Shown: positions 1 through 13,065, counted from the whole stretch's first letter. The stretch is DNA of 63,655 nt, filler included, from Guillardia theta CCMP2712 (GCF_000315625.1; 7 parts of 7 records of this genome joined end to end with filler, not necessarily neighbours in it), one strand, 5' to 3'. Program-made: numbers and translations. Notes: a model not told the origin generated them from the sequence alone.

Positions 1-84
1 GATAATGATGATGATGATGATGATGATGATCAATTTTGAGATAAAGAAGATCAAAGATTGGTGACTGTGAATGTTGTTCCATAC

Positions 85-3000
85 CTCAACACGAGCCGCA
101 TAATGGTGGCCATCCCATCCCTACCCTCAAATATCACAATCCTCCTCCTCCTCCTCCTCCTCCTCCTCCTCCTCCTCCTCTTCGTCAAGTCCAGTCATCG
201 ACACCGCACCTTCTCACTCTCAACAATGTGGACTTTCTCGAATTGAATCTCTTCGCAACATTTTGCTTCCGCCTCTCCAGCTTCTTGTTTCTTCTCCTCC
301 TGCAATGACATGCTTGCGTCCAGCAGCAACTGCACCGCTGCCTCAGTCCCCAGCCCGTTCACCTCCTCCTCGATTTTCGTCACCTCGGTGCAACCTGACA
401 CAGGGAATCAAAATTCTCCCTCAAAATTTGAAAATAGACAAGGTGAAAATGAGGTTTCGACAACAAGAGCCAGGGAGCGGTAGCTACACGACGACTCACC
501 TTGTTCTTTTCTTGCCCCAACATCATCGAACTTTGACAACTTGACAGCACACGTTAGAAGGAGGAGAGTGGGGACAAGGAGGAAGAGGAGGCATGATGAT
601 GATGATGATGGAGATGATGACGAGGGAGATGATGACGACAACGATGATGGTGATGATGATGATGATGATGATGATGAAGGCGAGGAGTACGAGGAGGAGG
701 AGGCAGCGTCCACACCTCACTCGTCGCGCTCATGAATTCGGAGTTGTGGTTTATCCCCTCAAACTTGCCCTTCATCGATCGTCAAGGTCATCAGGAAAGA
801 CGACAACAACAACATCTATTCACCACTGCCGCAGCTGCTTCAGCGTCGCCATTATTTACAATCGGGTCGTAGGCGCCATTGGTTATGTTCACGACAGCTG
901 TTACATCCCTGGCCCCTTCGCCCTTGGGTCTGATGTCCGTGAGGAGAGAGTTGGAAGCGAAGAAACCTGGAAAGTTGAAACACAATGAGGTGAATCGACG
1001 GATTCAAGACATGTTGAGCAGCGAAACTGTTGTCACCTGTGGTTATCTGGGGTAGAAAGTTTCCGAAAGGAACGAAGAAAAAGCGAAAAAGCTGTAGGAT
1101 CCCATCAGAGTCAACTGAGATAACAACGACAGGAGTCTGAAATCTCTTCATTTCACGTTTCCATGGCGCAACTCTATCATATCAGCACCGAAAAGGTTCT
1201 TCAACACGTCAAGATACAGGGAGGCAGCACATTCACGTCATAAAGTCTTAGCTCCGCTCTCTTCAACACGTCAAGATACAGGGTGGCAGCACATTCACGT
1301 CATCAAGTCTTAGCTCCGCTCTCTTCAACACGTCAAGATACAGGGAAGCAGCACATTCACGTCATCAAGTCTTAACTCCGCTCTCTTCAACACCTTCATA
1401 CCTGCGAGAAGATCATCCTTGCTGTAGAGAGCGTTGACTTGAGGAGACTTCCAACTACAGGTAATGACATGATCGCCTGCGTTCTTTAGTGAGCAGTGCA
1501 AGTCTGTCAACAACAAGATCTCACTGTTCCGAAAGTTGTGACTGTCGGAAAGACGACGCGAGCGACTGACTTTTCTGGCTCTTGTTCAACTCGGCCTGTG
1601 CTGACCACAACATTCGTCGATTGCTCTTCATTGTTTGACGGCTTGTTCGCGTTCTGTCAACGCACGGGTTATGCCTTGACGACGTGGAGGCGGGAGGGAT
1701 GGAGAGGAATGTCGAGTGGAGGGGAGGACAGGACGAGAGAGAGGAGACGGGGAGAAGAGACAAGAGGAGTGGAGTGGAGTGGAGTGGAGTGGAGTGGAGT
1801 GGAGTGGAGTGGAGGGGAGTGGAGTGGAGAGGAGAGGAGAGGAGAGGAGAGGAGAGGAGAGGAGAGGAGAGGAGAGGGGAGGGGAGGGGAGGGGAGGGGA
1901 GGGGAGGAGAGTGGAGGATAGAGTTTTAACCTGATCCTGAAGGAAGAACATCGCCTCCTCCATCTCTTCTTCGATCGCAACTCTGTAGATCTTCTCGGGG
2001 TGCACGACTGAGATTTCTCCTCCCAGCCAAGCGACCAGAATCTGTAGAGGCAAAGTTGAGATTCCCTTCCGCAGGCCTCCCTGCTCCTCTCGTGCCTACA
2101 CGCCTTCACGCTCCCGCTCTCGCTCGTACCTCCCCCCCACCCCCCCCTCCACCCCTTCATTCCTTTTCCTTCTCCTCCTCTTCCTCCACTTCATTCCTCC
2201 GCCTCTTGCGGTGTCTCCTCTTCCTGCCCTTGCTCCACCTATTTCCCCTGCTCACCTTCCCGTTCGGCTCGATGTCCACCACTTCGCCAACAGAACCATT
2301 CCATGCTCTTTCCTCTTTCTCCCCGCTGTTCTGCTCCGCGTCTCCAGCCTGGTGATCACACGACCCTCCCGCTGCTGATTCCCACGCACAAGTCCTTTCC
2401 TCAGTATCTAAACGAGTTGCTGTTGGGATTCCTTGTACGTCTCCCCCCTCCAAACTTCCATTCTCATGGGCCGCCACGTTTCCTGCCGGCTTTTCTGAAG
2501 CAGAGTTTTCATCCTCCTCCTTCATTCCCTTGCTTGTGCTTTCCTCCTCGTTGCCCGAAGGTTTGCCCCCGTCTGTGCATGCTCCTGTCTCCAGCCTTAC
2601 CACTACATCTCCCATACGGAAGCTGAAATCTTGATGAGCCTGGTACAAAGCTCAATGGCTTGCAAGGGAGGGAGGGAGGGGCCAGAAAAGGAAGAAGAGA
2701 AGGGAGGGAGGGGGAAGGGAGGGAGGGGTAAGAGAAGGAAGAAGAGAAGGAAGGGAGGGGAAAGGGAGGAAGGGATTCAAGGAGGAGGATGGACGGAGAA
2801 TGGAGGCAAGGAGTAGGGGCGCGGGAAGGGGGAAGAGGGAAGATGAGGGAAAGCTGGAGAAGGGAGAATCGGGGAGGAAGGAATAACGAGAATGAGTATA
2901 GAGAAGGGAGGGAGGGATGGAGCAAGGAGTGACGGAGGAGAATTGAAGAGGGAGGATTCAGGAAAGGAGGAGGGTGCAGGGGCGGATAGAGGCGGGTGGA

Positions 3001-4525
3001 AGGAAAAGGGAGGGGTCTGAAAGAGGAGGCAGGTTGAGGGGAAGGCAGAGAAGGGAGGATCGGTGAAGGAAGGATCGAAAGAGATGAGTCTGGACCTGAA
3101 GGTCGAATGCGCTCATCACTTCATAGTCGTTCTTGTTCGCATCTGTTGGCTCGGCTACTTGCCCCTCATCCAAGACCTGGTGATGGAAGTATGAATATAA
3201 GAACCAGTGAGATCAGCAGCGATAAAGAAACTTGTTATTGCGAGAGAGAAAGCTCATCGTCATAGAAACATTCTCTCACACGATTGATGATATACTTCCA
3301 ACTGAAAGAACGGAAAGAGAGATGGAGATGGAGATTGAGGGATGAAGAAAGCAGGAGGTACAAGAGGAAAAGGTGGAGAGAGTGAGAGAGTGAGTGAGTG
3401 AGTGAAGGAGTGGAGGGAGGGGGGATGGGGGGGCCGGGAGAGACGGGGCGGATGGATGGAAAAATGGATGAATGGAAGGATGGAGTCGCGAGCATCACAG
3501 AATCTCTTCACCTTGCGAACGAGGGCCATCCTCGACCTTTCATCAGCGGAGATCACGACATACAAGTTGGACCGACTGACAGGAGCCGAGTTGTCCTTCT
3601 CGCACAGGAGGTCTCCGGGATAGAACTCGTGAGGCCCCGGGTTGAACATATGTGTGTCGACCGCAGACACTGAAGACGCGCTGGTACCATCCATGTACTT
3701 GATGTCAACCTCAGTCCTCGTCGCGATCACTTCGCAGCAGTTGGATATGTCGTCGAAGGGGACCCCCTCGTCACGGGGGTAGGACCCTCGATCTCCGAGC
3801 CTCCACCACGTGTTCCCAAAGTGATTGAGGACTTGAAGCTGGTCTGGTGCACAGTTCACCCTTGGAGGAAGGGAGGAGGCGCCCTGGAGGGCCGTGATCC
3901 ACACCACCAGCACCTCCGACGGTTTGATCGACACTATCACCCCCTTTGTCTGCCTCTCGTAGCTCCCAAAGATCCACTGGCTGTTCTTGAACGTGTCGGG
4001 ATTGTTCGCTTTCACCATCATGGAAGGAAAGAAAGGGCTCCTCTCGTACATCTTTTGTACGGGCACAAGATCGCTGCTCGAGTTGGAGGAAACCAGGCAG
4101 CTGGCGCCGTCGTCGAACCTCACAACAATGTCCTCCTTGCAGTTCAACACTCGGCCGAGCCAGCCCTCGGATACAACCCAGTTGCCCTGCCTCATGGGTT
4201 GCAGATGTCGCATGTCCCTTGTGTCCACGTCGTTGATCAGCATCCCGTCCGAGAATCTGATGTCAACATGTATCCTCGTTGAAGTCACAACACCCTTCTT
4301 CCTGTCATGTATCACCGTATCTCCATGTAGTAGCGTTCGATCAAGCACCCGCAGGTCCGTTATCAGCTCCATCTTATCATTATCATATTCTCGCATCCAA
4401 TACACATGGGCTGTGGGCGCAGAATTCCTATTCTCCTCATCCTCACCGACACAACACACGATTCCGATGGCTGCGGGGTCAGCGACGAGGGAAACAACAT
4501 CTTCAGGACATATTCTTGTCGCCAT
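85..4525 (-). CDS. UBE2O/UBC23/PHO2-like E2-E3 hybrid ubiquitin-conjugating enzyme, multi-exon, 3' end (UBC domain) beyond left edge
   Basis: Large exon in ORF 3260..4720 has LRVLDRTLLHGDTV, GNWVVSEGWLGRV and VVRFDDGASCLV. Further exons read EVMSAFDLQ, AHQDFSFRMGDVVVRL, VGEVVDIEPNGKV and VAWLGGEISVVHPEKIYRV. The last visible exons, FEKVHIVESEK|GWDGHHY, resemble the DHHF motif that precedes the UBC domain. Exons between 400 and 1400 are uncertain. Confidence 0.8.
1198..1393. repeat. 62-bp tandem repeat, 3 copies plus partial, inside the UBE2O-like gene
   Basis: tcaacacgtcaagatacaggg...gtcttagctccgctctct recurs at 1201, 1263 and 1325, with a partial copy at 1387. Confidence 0.95.
1766..1910. 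repeat. Intronic (GGAGT)n/(GGAGA)n/(GGAGG)n pentamer microsatellite
   Basis: Direct reading. The same family occurs at about 9950-10030, 11160-11310, 12190-12270 and 35450-35575. Confidence 0.95.
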
Positions 4526-5093
4526 CCCTGTAATAACCTGTCCTCTACTATCTACTTCACGCGCCCTATTTCGAGAAGGTCCTGCCCGCCATGCGATCCA
4601 GCCACCTCCTAGTTGCTTCCATAAACTTCCTGTGCTTGCTGGAGTCGAATGACAATCAACAAGGTACCTCCCAGCCCGAACAGACCTGACAGCAATGTCA
4701 GTTCCGATCAAAGGATTCAAGCTGCGAGATCATGCGTAGCTTCCATGTGCTATCATGACAACCAATGTTTCTTGCTAACGGTCTTCCAGTCTCTTTATCA
4801 TTGGAGCATAAAGCACAGGATGATCAACTTGTCGCCTCGAAATTCATCTCACCAGTGCAACCTTCCAAGATCTTACAACAATCTGTACTCTTCATGGACT
4901 GGCCCTTGAAATACCTCCTCCCCTACCTTTCTCACTCGATTCCACCTACCTCTTTCACACTCAATCAGTCAATCAGGGCCTCTCTTCCTCTCCCATTCCC
5001 GCACCCCCTTATATCCTCTCGCTGGTCTCCTTCACTTCAGTTCTCCTTCCCCTTTGCTCTCCTCTTCTTCCCTCCTCCTGCTCGCCTGCCGAA

Positions 5094-5434
5094 TTCCTCC
5101 TTCCTTCATCCTTGTTCGATTCTCTTTCCTTCCTCCTTCCTTCATCCTTGTTCGATTCTCTTTCCTTCCTTCCTCCTTTCTTCCTCCTCTCCTCTCCTGT
5201 CCTCCTGTCCTCCTGTCCTCCTGTCCTCCTGTCCTCCTGTCCTCCTGTCCTCCTGTCCTCCTGTCCTCTGTTCGAGAAAATTTCGCTGGTCTTTTTCACA
5301 AAACAAAAAAATTGCTCTCCTGCTCTCCTGCTCACCAGCTCTCCTGCTCTCCTGCTCTCCTCCTCTCCTCGTCTCCTGCTCTTTTTACTACTGTATACCC
5401 GGATATCGTGATCTGTATACCCGGATATCGTGAT
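5094..5434. repeat. Cluster of short tandem repeats: 36-bp duplication, (TCCTCCTG)n, 22-bp duplication
   Basis: ttcctccttccttcatccttgttcgattctctttcc x2; an 8-mer array at about 5195-5268; ctgtatacccggatatcgtgat x2 at 5391-5434. Confidence 0.9.
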
Positions 5435-5782
5435 GATATCAATAGAACCTTCGAGATCGGCTGTAGTAAAGTCCCAGTTTTCCCCGACTGCGGGTCGGAG
5501 TTCTTGTTAGAGCTGTGGCACTTTGCATGNNNNNNNNNNNNNNNNNNNNNNNNNNNNNNNNNNNNNNNNNNNNNNNNNNNNNNNNNNNNNNNNNNNNNNN
5601 NNNNNNNNNNNNNNNNNNNNNNNNNNNNNNNNNNNNNNNNNNNNNNNNNNNNNNNNNNNNNNNNNNNNNNNNNNNNNNNNNNNNNNNNNNNNNNNNNNNN
5701 NNNNNNNNNNNNNNNNNNNNNNNNNNNNNNNNNNNNNNNNNNNNNNNNNNNNNNNNNNNNNNNNNNNNNNNNNNNNNNNNNN

Positions 5783-6012
5783 TTCGGGCAGCGGCCGCGG
5801 GACTGAGGCCGCGCCGGGGCGGCAAGCCTCACTCAGTGAGTCGCGGCCGCCGGGCCCCCGGCCGGGCACTTCCGCCGGGCCCGGCTCAGTGCCATGCGGC
5901 CACTGGCCCGGCCAATCCGATTCGGCGGTCCCGGGCCGGTCGGTCTGACCGCCGATACTAGCTACCACCGCCTACGTAGTACCGCGGCGTGACGGTGCCG
6001 GGCATCACGGTG
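5783..6012. repeat. GC-rich short-palindrome block
   Basis: Dense gcggccgc, ccgggcccgg and actcagtgagt words, the same vocabulary as the blocks at 22200, 27640, 34410 and 62870. Confidence 0.6.
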
Positions 6013-6857
6013 CAATGCAGGGGCTCTGTTAATCGCCCTGTTACACAGCCTGAGAGTACTGAGAGAAAATGATGGTGGTACTACTGCTTATAATCTACTA
6101 TTCTTGTAACAGGCTGTAAAACGGAGTAACAGAACTTATCGGAAAGGCGACCGTGACCACAAGCCAGAGACATACCTTGAATGCAAGGGGTCTCCGGACT
6201 CTGCAGTAAAGTAGCTGCTGCACGGATACCACCCCTACCCACTCTTTTCATTTGTGAAACACCCACACCTTTGGTTCGCAGTTATCTACTTTTCTATGAT
6301 CAGCCGCGGAAGATCTGAAACATCCCTTGTTGGGATATGTCAGATTTGAAACGCTGTATCTCTGGTCGTTACAACCCTTTCCGTGACCGGAAATGATCGC
6401 GAAGAAGCAATGTTTCGTTCCGAGATTCAATCCTCGATGAGTAAACATTTGTACTCTCAGTTTTCTCATATCAAGATATATGGGTGGGGGTTACCACCCT
6501 CTTACTACTTACCCTATCAATATTTTGTGTACCCCAAATTTCAGATGGTAATACCCACCCCTCTCATGGGTATTGGAATGGTTTGAAATAGACTACCCTA
6601 TTATCACCACCCCATGGGGTTTTAGAAGTACCATGTCGGCGATGCACTCCATAAAAGATATCTCCCCTTTTGACCCTTCCAGGGAGACGATTTGAGCAGT
6701 ATACTGCTGCCGCTGCCCGTCCTCCGTCGCCTCCATCTCGGAATCTCCTCTCGTCTGCTCTGATCTCGTAGTCTCCTGCAGCTCTTCCTTTACCTTCCTT
6801 CCAATCTACCCCAGGCTGTGGAAATTCGACCCGTCATTACTGTAAACTGCTGCGAAG

Positions 6858-7352
6858 ATGAAGAAGTTTGTTAGCTGCCTAGACCTCGAGAGGATTGAAA
6901 CCGATGGCACTTCCAAGAATGATACATCTCTCGTCAGAAATAGCTCCCGTTCGTCTTCACTTTCCGACGCATCCACCATCTGTTCCTGTGGCACAGCAGG
7001 AGATCTGCATCAATTCGTTCATCCTACCATGGACCAGATCGTTGTTGATAAGAAGCACAGGTTCCACGTGCACGAAATCAGAGCAGCCGCCTCGGAGATC
7101 GAGCAAGAAGCCGAGCAAGAAGCGCAATCGCCGCACCCATTGAGGCAGCAGTCGATGCCGTCCAAGGCTGAAATGTACTTCTTCCACGAGCTCAGTCAAA
7201 GTCTCTGCCGCTCGGAAGCTGCGGATTGGTTTGCCTCGCAGGTGCTCAAGGGGCGAACTTCGAGCAGCCCGGAGATGGCTAGAGAAGTTCAGGGGATGAA
7301 GAGGAATTCCTCTATGGCCACTTTCAGCTTCTCTGGGAGGAGATGTGACTAG
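6858..7352 (+). CDS. Hypothetical protein (164 aa, Ser-rich)
   Basis: ATG-initiated, non-repetitive ORF followed by an AT-richer 3' region. No recognisable domain. Confidence 0.45.
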   Translation: MKKFVSCLDLERIETDGTSKNDTSLVRNSSRSSSLSDASTICSCGTAGDLHQFVHPTMDQIVVDKKHRFHVHEIRAAASEIEQEAEQEAQSPHPLRQQSMPSKAEMYFFHELSQSLCRSEAADWFASQVLKGRTSSSPEMAREVQGMKRNSSMATFSFSGRRCD

Positions 7353-7728
7353 AACCGATTTCAGAGTGACAAGAAAGTGATCGATGAAGGATTGGAATTG
7401 TTTTATGTAAGGGAGGTCTTTACTGCCTTGTATCCATATTCAAATTGAACTTTAAGGTTGTGACGTATACACCTTACAGTCTTCAACATCTTAAACATGA
7501 AAATTATTGAATCTGCAAACTTTACATTGTTTTGCAATTGTCACAAGTACTTTTTCCTCTGAACATAATGATTTCATTCCTGCCCTTAAGTTCTTTCTCT
7601 TTAATGTTAAATACACCGTCTCTTTGTACAAAAATCTAGATTGCCATCTTGGGGACAACTCGTAACTATAAAACTCTGTTCCGTCCAACAATTGTTGGCG
7701 TCAGAACTGGCGGTCAAATATTTTTGTT

Positions 7729-9810
7729 TCACATCCTTGACCTTCTCCTGGAACAGCGTTAGTTAATCAGTCTAAGACAAGAAAGACACGTTTGCACGAT
7801 ATGCAAAGTCAGACAGCAGAGCATCACATCACCTGGTTCTATTGATGATCAACAATCCCAGAATGATCGCAATCACAGCAATGAGCAGGACAACGATGTT
7901 GCCCATGAACTGCGGAGTAACGGTGAGATTGCGAGGTATGAGAGAACGTCTCACAAAGTAGTTCCCTGAAGGCAACAGCGACACATCTGCCTTCACTCGG
8001 GTCTCTACAAGCTCTTGCGCTGCGTTGAGCATCAGCAGATGCCGCTACCGAGATCGAGCGGGGTCACCTTTGCCTCGCATCGAGAAATGTGGTTCTTGTA
8101 TCTGTAAAATTTGAAATTTTGAGTCAGATATCATGTTGGTGAGCTAAAATTGGAGCAAGGTAGTGAAATGTCTCAATCCCACCGGTCCGAGTGCTGGCTT
8201 TCCGGCAATGCAAACGAGATCGATACAATATCTCGACCCCTTGTTGTCTGCACCAGAGTTTGCAAAGGGAGAAACACAGGTGTTGGATAAACATCACAGG
8301 AAGTAGGACAAACATCACAGGAAGTAGGACAAGCATCACAGGAAGTAGGACAAACATCACAAGGAAGTAGGACAAACATCAGATGGAAGTAGGACAAACA
8401 TCACAAGGAAGTAGGACAAGCAACTCGGCAGGAAGGACAAACCTGGGAGATTGTGGCCTAGATGGGTTCCGCAGACCGATCGCACTTCACCATCTTGCTC
8501 GACAACAACGTTCTGACGGTTGTGCGATGAGACATCAAATGAGCGAGGATAGGAGATCTCACCTCCCGCACCACTTCAGCATCTCTGCAAATCATTCGTC
8601 ATGACACCAGATCAAAGGCGAGATATAAGACATGAAACAAGGCTAGATGTACACATCCTGATCTAGATGCGATACAAGAGACAAGACTAGATGCAGTACA
8701 AGAGACAAGACTAGATGCAGTACAAGAGACAAGACTAGATGCAGTACAAGAGACAAGACTAGATGCAGTACATGCAGTACAAGAGACAAGACTAGATTTG
8801 ATACAAGAGGTAAGACTAGATCCGATACAAGAGGTAAGACTAGATCCGATAAAAGAGGTAAGACTAGATGCGATACAAGAGACAAGACTAGATGCGATAC
8901 AAGAGACAAGACAAGTTGTGATAAATGTTCACCTGAACGAAGGCCAACCATGTGCCAGGCTCTCACTGTACCACTCCTGCATGCTCCTACAGCAGGAGTG
9001 TCGGTCGTTCCTGCCTGCGCAAGAAGGAAGGCGTACCTTCCGATGGGAGCCCGGAACAGGGGAACGCCGCACACAGAGTCCTGGGCCATCTTGACGTCAA
9101 TGAGAAAAAGTCTGTTAAAATCGCATCACATAGAAGGTGTGATATTTCTCCTCGGGCTGGAACTGCCCGAACAAGTTGATGTTTGCGTTGTTAAAGTAGC
9201 CTGATCACAACTATCATGCACTGACCCCTCCTCGTGCCTCTCCATCACTGGCAAACCTGAAGGCTCCGCATATTTCTTGTTGTGACAGCATATTTTGTTT
9301 GCCAGCTCCCAGTCTGCCTTGGTTCCAAACCTCAGGTCCTGCATTACCTGGTCCGCGCGGTCAAGCATCGCCTCACGCCTCTCTCCTCCATCTCACAGGA
9401 GCATCGCAGAAGCCCCGGAGAGCACTGTTTCGATCCGAAGCTCCCAGGGCGACCATGGAAAGGAACTGCCCCTCGCATGTCAGCTACGACCGCCCCGCAC
9501 AACCATGCTGGCCACAGCTCTACTTTGCCCATGTTTCTGCGTACTACTCCAGTCCTCCATCATTTCTTCTTCTCACGCCTTCTGAACCGATTGTTGTCCC
9601 ATTCTCTTCTCATCATACTCTGTTCTTCATTTCCTTGGCTTTCCAGCCACCCAGTCCTCCTCCAACAGCATCTCTCATCCTACTCTTCTTCAGAGCCTCA
9701 CTGACTCTATCTCATCATCATTGTCTTCTTGATCATCATCATATCAATCTCACATGCCAGTCTCTTTCCCTCACCATCAGCGCCGATGTCGCTTTCCCAA
9801 GAGGCGCCAT
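7729..9810 (-). CDS. MsrB-like (methionine-R-sulfoxide reductase fold) protein with signal peptide and C-terminal TM helix, multi-exon
   Basis: Manual splicing at GT-AG introns gives MAPLGKATSALM|FLSMVALGA...FCDAP|VMQDLRFG...ICCHNKKYAEPSG|YF...TFY|DSVCGVPLFRAPIGR|SMQEWYSESLAHGWPSFR|DAEVVRE|NVVVEQDGEVRSVCGTHLGHNLP|DNKGSRYCIDLVCIAG, then IVVLLIAVIAIILGLLII. GWPSF, HLGH and RYCI are MsrB signature motifs. Confidence 0.8.
8288..8421. repeat. 21-22 bp minisatellite in intron 8248..8442
   Basis: aacatcacaggaagtaggaca, about 6 copies. Confidence 0.95.
8663..8914. repeat. 24-bp minisatellite in intron 8585..8932
   Basis: ctagatgc(a/g)(g/a)tacaagagacaaga, about 10 copies with variants. Confidence 0.95.
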
Positions 9811-10189
9811 GCCGTGAGGGGGGGGTACAATACAGGGCGGGCCTGTAATAAGCGGGCCCGGGAGGCCCGGGTAGGACCGGGCAACACCGCACCAACAGCT
9901 AGGTGGCGTGACACAAAGAGTCCTCTAAAGAGCAAAGACCGTTGGGAGGGAGGGGAGGGGAGGGGAGGGGAGGGGAGAGGAGAGGAGAGGAGAGGAGAGG
10001 AGAGGAGAGGGGAGGGGAGGGGAGGGGAGGGGAGCAGGACAGAGCAGATCAGAGCAAGATGGGAGGGTAAAATTGGTGGAGCAAGGAGTCGAGAGGAGAG
10101 GAGTCCTCGTAAGGGAAGGGACTAGAGGAGAAGTGTGATCAGGGCAGCTTAATTTGTTTCTGTGTTGCTGACATGCTGACTCGATGTAA

Positions 10190-13065
10190 AGGTCCGAAAT
10201 TCAGTTGGATGCTTTGAAGTATGAACAGATGAGAAAGTTTGAGTACGACTCGTTAATTCAATCTCATCTCAAACCGCATGTACGGTTCTCTGGACAGAAG
10301 TTTTCGCTCCTTACCAAGTTTCTGTCTCACAGGCCTTTGGTAGTTGGCAAGAAGGGCTGTATCGATGGGATCACAATCAAGTTGTGCCATCGCATACAAC
10401 ACCGCCGAGTTCTTGTCGCGTTGTTTGCAGGCATCAGCAACAGTCATCCATGATTGCAGACGACAAGTGTGTGTCGATATCCTACGATGGGAAGCTTGTA
10501 GAGGAAGCGAGGCAGGAGGACACGAGAAGGTACTGGTGGGGAATGTCGAGCAGAGAAGTTCCTTGCTCGAGTAGAAGGTGATAGCTGACGCAAGAAGTCC
10601 AGGGTTGACATGTTGGACAGGATGATTGACTGTGCTAGCATATCTACCTACGCGCCCTTCCTTCTCGCTCAATCTCGTCTCTACAAACAGCTGCCATGGA
10701 GTAAGAGATCGTTGTTATCTTGTGTCCATGATGGGCCTGATGTGTTTCCAAGGAGTATGGTCGAAGAGCGTGAAGCTGAATTTAGCAGAGTTCTGTGGAG
10801 ATTATCATGTGAATCTGTGGAGCAACAAGCAGGAAGGTTGCTACAGGTTGCAATCAGGACCTCGAGGATACTTGAGTGGTGATGCTGCTGATAGCAAGCA
10901 TGTTGAACAACAAGGATGTCTAACTTGATCATATCAGGTCATGGGTTGTCATTCTGGTTGTTTGCGATGGATGTGATTTGAAGGAAATTCTCTAACTTGT
11001 TTGCTCACAGCGTCAAAGTTGCAAGCAATGTAGATGTGAAGGTGTGAGAGATGGATGTGTAAGAGTGACACTGATGTTGTAAGAAGCTCAACGCTCTCTG
11101 TTTGGGATCTTCTTCTGGCGGTGCGAACATCCCGCAGGCATGTTCACTTGAGACAGAAGAGGAGAGGGGAGGGGAGGAGAGGAGAGGAGAGGAGAGGAGA
11201 GGAGAGGAGAGGAGAGGAGAGGAGAGGAGAGGAGAGGAGGGGAGGGGAGAGGAGAGGAGAGGAGAGGAGAGGAGAGGAGGGGAGGGGAGGGGAGAGGAGA
11301 GGAGAGGAGAGAGGAAGGAAGAGAGGGGGATGGAAGGAGGGTAGAGAGATTGATCAGAGGAAGGAAGAGAGGGGGATGGAAGGAGGGTAGAGAGAGGGAG
11401 CAGAGAGGATAAATATGTAAAAGATTGTCATCAGCATGTCAAGATCTATGCCAAACTTGGTGTTGGCCTTGTCCCCACAGGAGAAGAGGTGACGGGATGT
11501 TAGGAAAGATGGCGAACATACTGAAAGTTTTCTTCAGGATGGCTGGACGTGTGTCTGTTCATCAGATGACTGTTTTCTCCCTCCTTTCGACATGCCAAGT
11601 CCTACCACGAGCCCTCTGGCGTCTTCAGACTTGGAAGGAAACGAAGCAAAGAAAAGAGCTGCGGCGTCAGATAGCAACGAAGCATGTGAAGGTCTTGCTC
11701 CTTGTTCTGTTCCTTTTCTTCTCTCCTCTCCTCTTTCTTGTTCCTTTTTCTTGCCCCGTACTCTGTGTTCATTACAAAAATTTTGCGCTCATGGAAAAGT
11801 TTCTTTCTTTTTTTATCCATATTCCTGGTGTTCTTTGTTGTTTCTTCTTTGTTGTTTCTTCTTTGTCTTCTAACAGAGTTTTCAGAGCATCGAACGGAAC
11901 TTCTTCGATTGACATTCAATCGCGAGGTAGGCTCTGGCTTCCTTGTTCCCCTCGTTTTCTCTTTACCTTCCTCCTCCCTTCCATCTCCCCTCCATCAACA
12001 TTATGATCAATTCTTTTGCTCTCTGTTGCTTTCAGTCTGTATTGATTTTGTTGTTTGCCTTCATTGATCATGTTCATGTTCCTCTATTCTCTTGAATTTC
12101 TGTTCATAATATTCTGTTTGCCGGTCTCTTTGTCCTCTCGCCCTCCCTAATCTGCATTTCCTCCACGTTCTCGTCTGACTTCTCTCCTCTGCTCTCCTCC
12201 TCTCTCCTCCCCTCCCCTCTGCTCTGCTCTGCTCTGCTCTGCTCTGCTCTGCTCTCCTCTCCTCTCCTCTACTCGCCATCATACTGCCATGTCAGCTCGT
12301 GATAGCACGAGGCAGCACCTTGCGCCTCCTTCTCCTCTCCTCTTCTGCCCATGGCATTGCCCTGAGGACCCATCAGTGAGTTTTTCGCTCCTCCTCCACC
12401 CTCACAAAGTTTCTCATCATCTCAACCAGGCAAACAAGTCAAGTGCAAGTTACAGACTATGATGACACGTACTGGATGCTCCTTCCCTGCGTCCTCGTCC
12501 TCGTCCTCTTCTTCCTCCTTTTCCTTCTCCTCCTCGTCCTCCATCTTCTCTGCCTACTTCACCATCTTATTCTGCCCGTGCTCCTGGTCCTGGTCCTGAT
12601 CGTGCTCCTGTTCTCTTCCCACATTCACTTCTCTCCTCTTTGTTTCAATCCTGACATCTTTGTGGTCATACAGAATTTGCCTGTTTGCTGGGAGACTGGC
12701 GAATGGTCATGATCCTTTTACAAGTACAAGAAAAATTCTAGGTGTGAATGGAAAGTGAAAATCAGAGGAACGTTACTCATGTTCGTACAGGTTTTGAGGT
12801 GAAGTCCAGTAGGAGACATGAAGTAAGTTGGGTTGTCAGATAAGAATTTGATGCTGATCTCGTTTGTTGCAGAATGAAGTTGATCGATCGATGAAAGTGT
12901 CAAGATATGATGAGAGAAAAACAAGGTGAAAGTTGAATACCTTCCACGAAAACTCACTGATGAGAGAGCTCGCAGGTCAATCGCGTCTGCTATTGGAGGT
13001 CAGATTGTCGGGTTTGCAGGAGGTGTTGAGTATGAAGTACTTTCGAGATGAGATTGAAAGATTAT
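10190..13065 (+). CDS. Probable multi-exon hypothetical gene(s), unidentified, running into a contig linker
   Basis: Non-repetitive segments alternate with short GT...AG intron-like segments. No domain recognised and the structure is not resolved. Confidence 0.3.

Noticed and set aside
8663-8914. Possible CRISPR array (24-bp repeats; also the 62-bp and 21-bp repeats)
   Set aside because: Units are contiguous with no unique spacers, there are no cas genes, and the context is eukaryotic introns.
8643-9094. ORFs 8643..9089(-) and 8798..9094(+) as repeat proteins
   Set aside because: Better explained by an intronic minisatellite and the exons of the MsrB-like gene.
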